Source of the DNA: the human T2T-CHM13v2.0 reference genome, Homo sapiens
DNA length: 64,000 nt
Assembly: GCF_009914755.1 (NCBI RefSeq)
Contig: NC_060940.1
Direction: 5' to 3' (one strand)
Shown: positions 61,278-64,000 of the stretch, piece after piece
Position numbering within the stretch: the first letter of the stretch is position 1
How the letters are laid out: every line of letters starts with the position of its first letter
Notes under the pieces: model-generated
What the model saw: only the letters and a program-made list of their open reading frames with translations
Told to the model about the DNA's origin: nothing
Databases searched by the model: none
Made by a program: the position numbers and the translations under genes

Positions 61278-64000
61278 TTACATGATGATACTATTTGAGC
61301 CCATCCAATGATTCCCTTCGATTCCATTCGATGAGGATTCCATTCGATTCAGTTCATTGGTGATTCTATTCAATTCAATTCTTTGATTCCATTCCATTCC
61401 ATTCGACAATGATTCCATTCGATTTCTTTCGATGATTCCACTCGATTCCACTTGACATTGATTCCCTTCGATTCCATTCAATGATTCCATTTGATTCCAG
61501 TGGATGATGATTGCCATCGATTCCATTCGATCACTCCATTCTATTCCATTTGATGATGATTACATTCGATTCCATTTGACGATTCCATCTGATTCTATTC
61601 GAGGATTCCATTTGATTCCATTCGATGATGATTCCATTCGAGTCCATTCGATGATTTCATTCGAGTACATCCAATGATTCCATTCGAGTCCATTAGATGA
61701 TTCCATTTGATTCCATTTGAAAATGATTCTACTAGAGTCCATTCAATGACTCCATTCGAGTCCATTCAACAATTCCATTCGACTCCATTCGATGATTCCA
61801 TTCGATTCCATTTGATGGTTCCATTCGAGTCCATTTAATCATTACAGTCGAGTCCATTTGGTGATTCCACTGGATTTCTTTTGATAATGATACCATTCAA
61901 TTACATTTGATGATGATCCCATTCAATTTCATTTGATGATGATTCCATTAGAGTCCATTCGATGATTTCATTCGAGTCCCTTCATTGATTCCATCCGATT
62001 TCATTGGATGATGACTCCATTCGAGTCCATTCGATGATTCCACTCGATTCCATTAGATGACTCCATTGGAGTCCATTTGATTGTTCCATTCGATTCCATT
62101 CGATTCCTTTCGAAGATTATTCCATTTGAGTGCATTCGATGATGATTCCATTCCATTCCATTCGATGATTCCGTTTGATTCTATTCGATGATTCCCTTCG
62201 ATTCCTTTCTTTGATGATTCCATTCCATTCCATTCAATGATTCCATTCGAATCTATTCCATGATGATTCCTTTCGATTCCATTCGCTGATGTTTCCGTTC
62301 AATTCCATTCGATGATGATTCTATTCGATTCCATTCATTGAGGATTCCATTTGATTCCATTCAATGATGATTCCATTCTATTCCATTCAATGATTGCATT
62401 CAATTCCATTCAATGATTATCCCATTAGAGTAAACTCAACGATTCCATTCAATACCATTCGATGATGATTCCTTTTGAGTCCATTCAATGATTTCATTCA
62501 AGTCCATTTGATGATTCCTTTCAATTCCATTCTATGATGATTCCATTCGAGTCCATTCGATGATTCCATTCGATTGCATTCGATGATTCCATTATATTCC
62601 ATTCAACGGTGATTCCATTCGAGTCCATTCCATGATTCCATTAGAGTACATTTAATGATTGCTTTGTTTTCAATTCGAAGATGATTACATTGGATTCCAT
62701 TCTATGATACCATTCGATTCCATTCAATGATGATTCCACTCAAATCCATTGGATGATTCCATTCGTGTCCATTCGGTGATTTCATTAGATTCCATTCGAG
62801 GATGATTCCATTCGATTCCATTCGATGATTCCATTCAATTCCATTCGATGATGATTCCATTCCAGTCCATATGATCATTCCATTTGATTTCATTCGATGA
62901 TGATTCCATTCGATTCCATTCGACGATTCCATTCTATTCCATTCGATGATGATTCCATTCGAGTCCATTCGATCAATCCATTCGAGTCCATTTAATGATT
63001 CCATTGGGTTCAATTCAATGATGATTACATTGGATTCCGTTCTATGATTCCATTCAATTCCGTTCATTGACAATTTGATTCCATTCGATGATGATTCCAT
63101 TTGAGTTCATTCGATGATTCTATTCGATTCTCTTCGATGGTGATTCAATTTTATTATATTGGATAATTCCATTCGATTCCATTTGATGTTGATTCAATTC
63201 GATTCTATTCGATGATGATTCCATTGGATTTCACTTGATGATTCTATTCGATTCCATTCAATGATGATTCACTTCTCGTCCATTGGATGATTCCATTTCA
63301 TTCCATTCGATGATGATTCCATTTGATTCCATTCGTTGATTCCATTTGATTCCATGCGACGGTGAGCAATTCGATTCAATTCCATGATGATTCTATTTGA
63401 TTCAATTAGATGATGTTTCCATTCGAATCCATTCCATGATTATTCCATTGGAATCCATTCGGCGATGATTCCATATGAGTCAATTCAATGATGATTCCAT
63501 ATGGGTCCGTTCGATGATAATTCCATTTGATTTCATTCGATGCTTCTATTCTATTCCAGTCGATGATGATTCCGTTGGAGTCCATACGATGATTCCATTT
63601 GATTTCATTTGATGATGATTCCATTCGATGATGATTACATTGGATTCCATTCTATGATTCCATTCAATTCCATTCGTTGATGATTCGATTCCATTCAATG
63701 ATGATTCCATTTGAGTTCATTCGATGATTCTATTCGATTCCGTTCGATGGTGATTCAATTCTATTATATTGGATGATTCCACTCGATTCCATTTGATGAT
63801 TATTCCATTGGAGTCCACTTAGTGAATCCTTTAGATTCTACTCGACGATGATTCCATTCGAGTCCATTCGATGATACCATTCAATTCCATTCGTTGATGC
63901 TTCCATTCAAGTGCATTCGATGATATCATTCGATTCCATTTGATGATAATTCCATTTGATTCCATGCGATGATTCTATTCGATTCCATTCAATGATAATT
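61278..64000 (+). repeat. Higher-order unit truncated by the window end
   Basis: Colinear with the preceding unit at +6112 (e.g. 56590->62702, 57294->63406). Confidence 0.9.

Larger units (their letters stand above)
1..64000 (+). repeat. Human satellite II (HSat2/HSATII) tandem array, CATTC strand on +; probably HSat2B of the chr16 pericentromere type
   Basis: Continuous ATTCCATTCG(ATG)n repeats with abundant TCGA and GAGTC and frequent GATGAT spacers. This is typical of HSat2, whereas HSat3 has long pure (CATTC)n runs. The subfamily/chromosome call rests on recall of the ~6.1 kb period and is less certain (~0.7) than the family call. Confidence 0.97.

Noticed and set aside
466-63624. Many minus-strand ORFs of 60-132 aa (MESSNGIEWNHR-like)
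   Set aside because: They are translations of GGAAT/CATC repeats, a strand poor in stop codons. They overlap in several frames and appear or vanish with single substitutions, and I recognise no domains. They were used only as positional markers.
1-64000. CRISPR-like array suggested by 23-26 bp repeats
   Set aside because: There are no unique spacers, invariant repeat, leader or cas genes; the sequence is continuous degenerate satellite.
1-64000. Inversion, Alu/L1 insertion or HSat3 block
   Set aside because: I saw no GGAAT-strand tract, poly(A) tail, target-site duplication or long pure (CATTC)n run. This was a by-eye read, but the marker arithmetic leaves no unexplained length.

Overview
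The whole 64 kb window is one uninterrupted pericentromeric satellite array of the human satellite II (HSat2/HSATII) type. It consists of degenerate CATTC-derived repeats (ATTCCATTCG / GATGATTCCATTCGA[G/T]TCC, about 23/26 bp) with the CATTC strand on + throughout. I saw no genes, RNA genes, transposon insertions or inversions; the listed ORFs are translations of the GGAAT strand. The sequence is organised into a 6,112 bp higher-order unit. From recall this matches the ~6.1 kb HSat2B array of chr16q11.2, but I have not verified that assignment. Spacings between a once-per-unit marker are 5542, 6062, 6138, 6308, 6112, 6112, 1899, 6112, 1899, 6112, 2404 and 6112 bp. Every deviation from 6112 traces to a visible junction: 570, 49 and 1 bp deletions, 26 and 170 bp duplications, an 8,011 bp triplication and a 2,404 bp duplication. 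Shared variants allow these events to be ordered and suggest gene-conversion patches. I found no evidence of a new protein-coding or RNA system; the interesting content is the structural evolution of the array.
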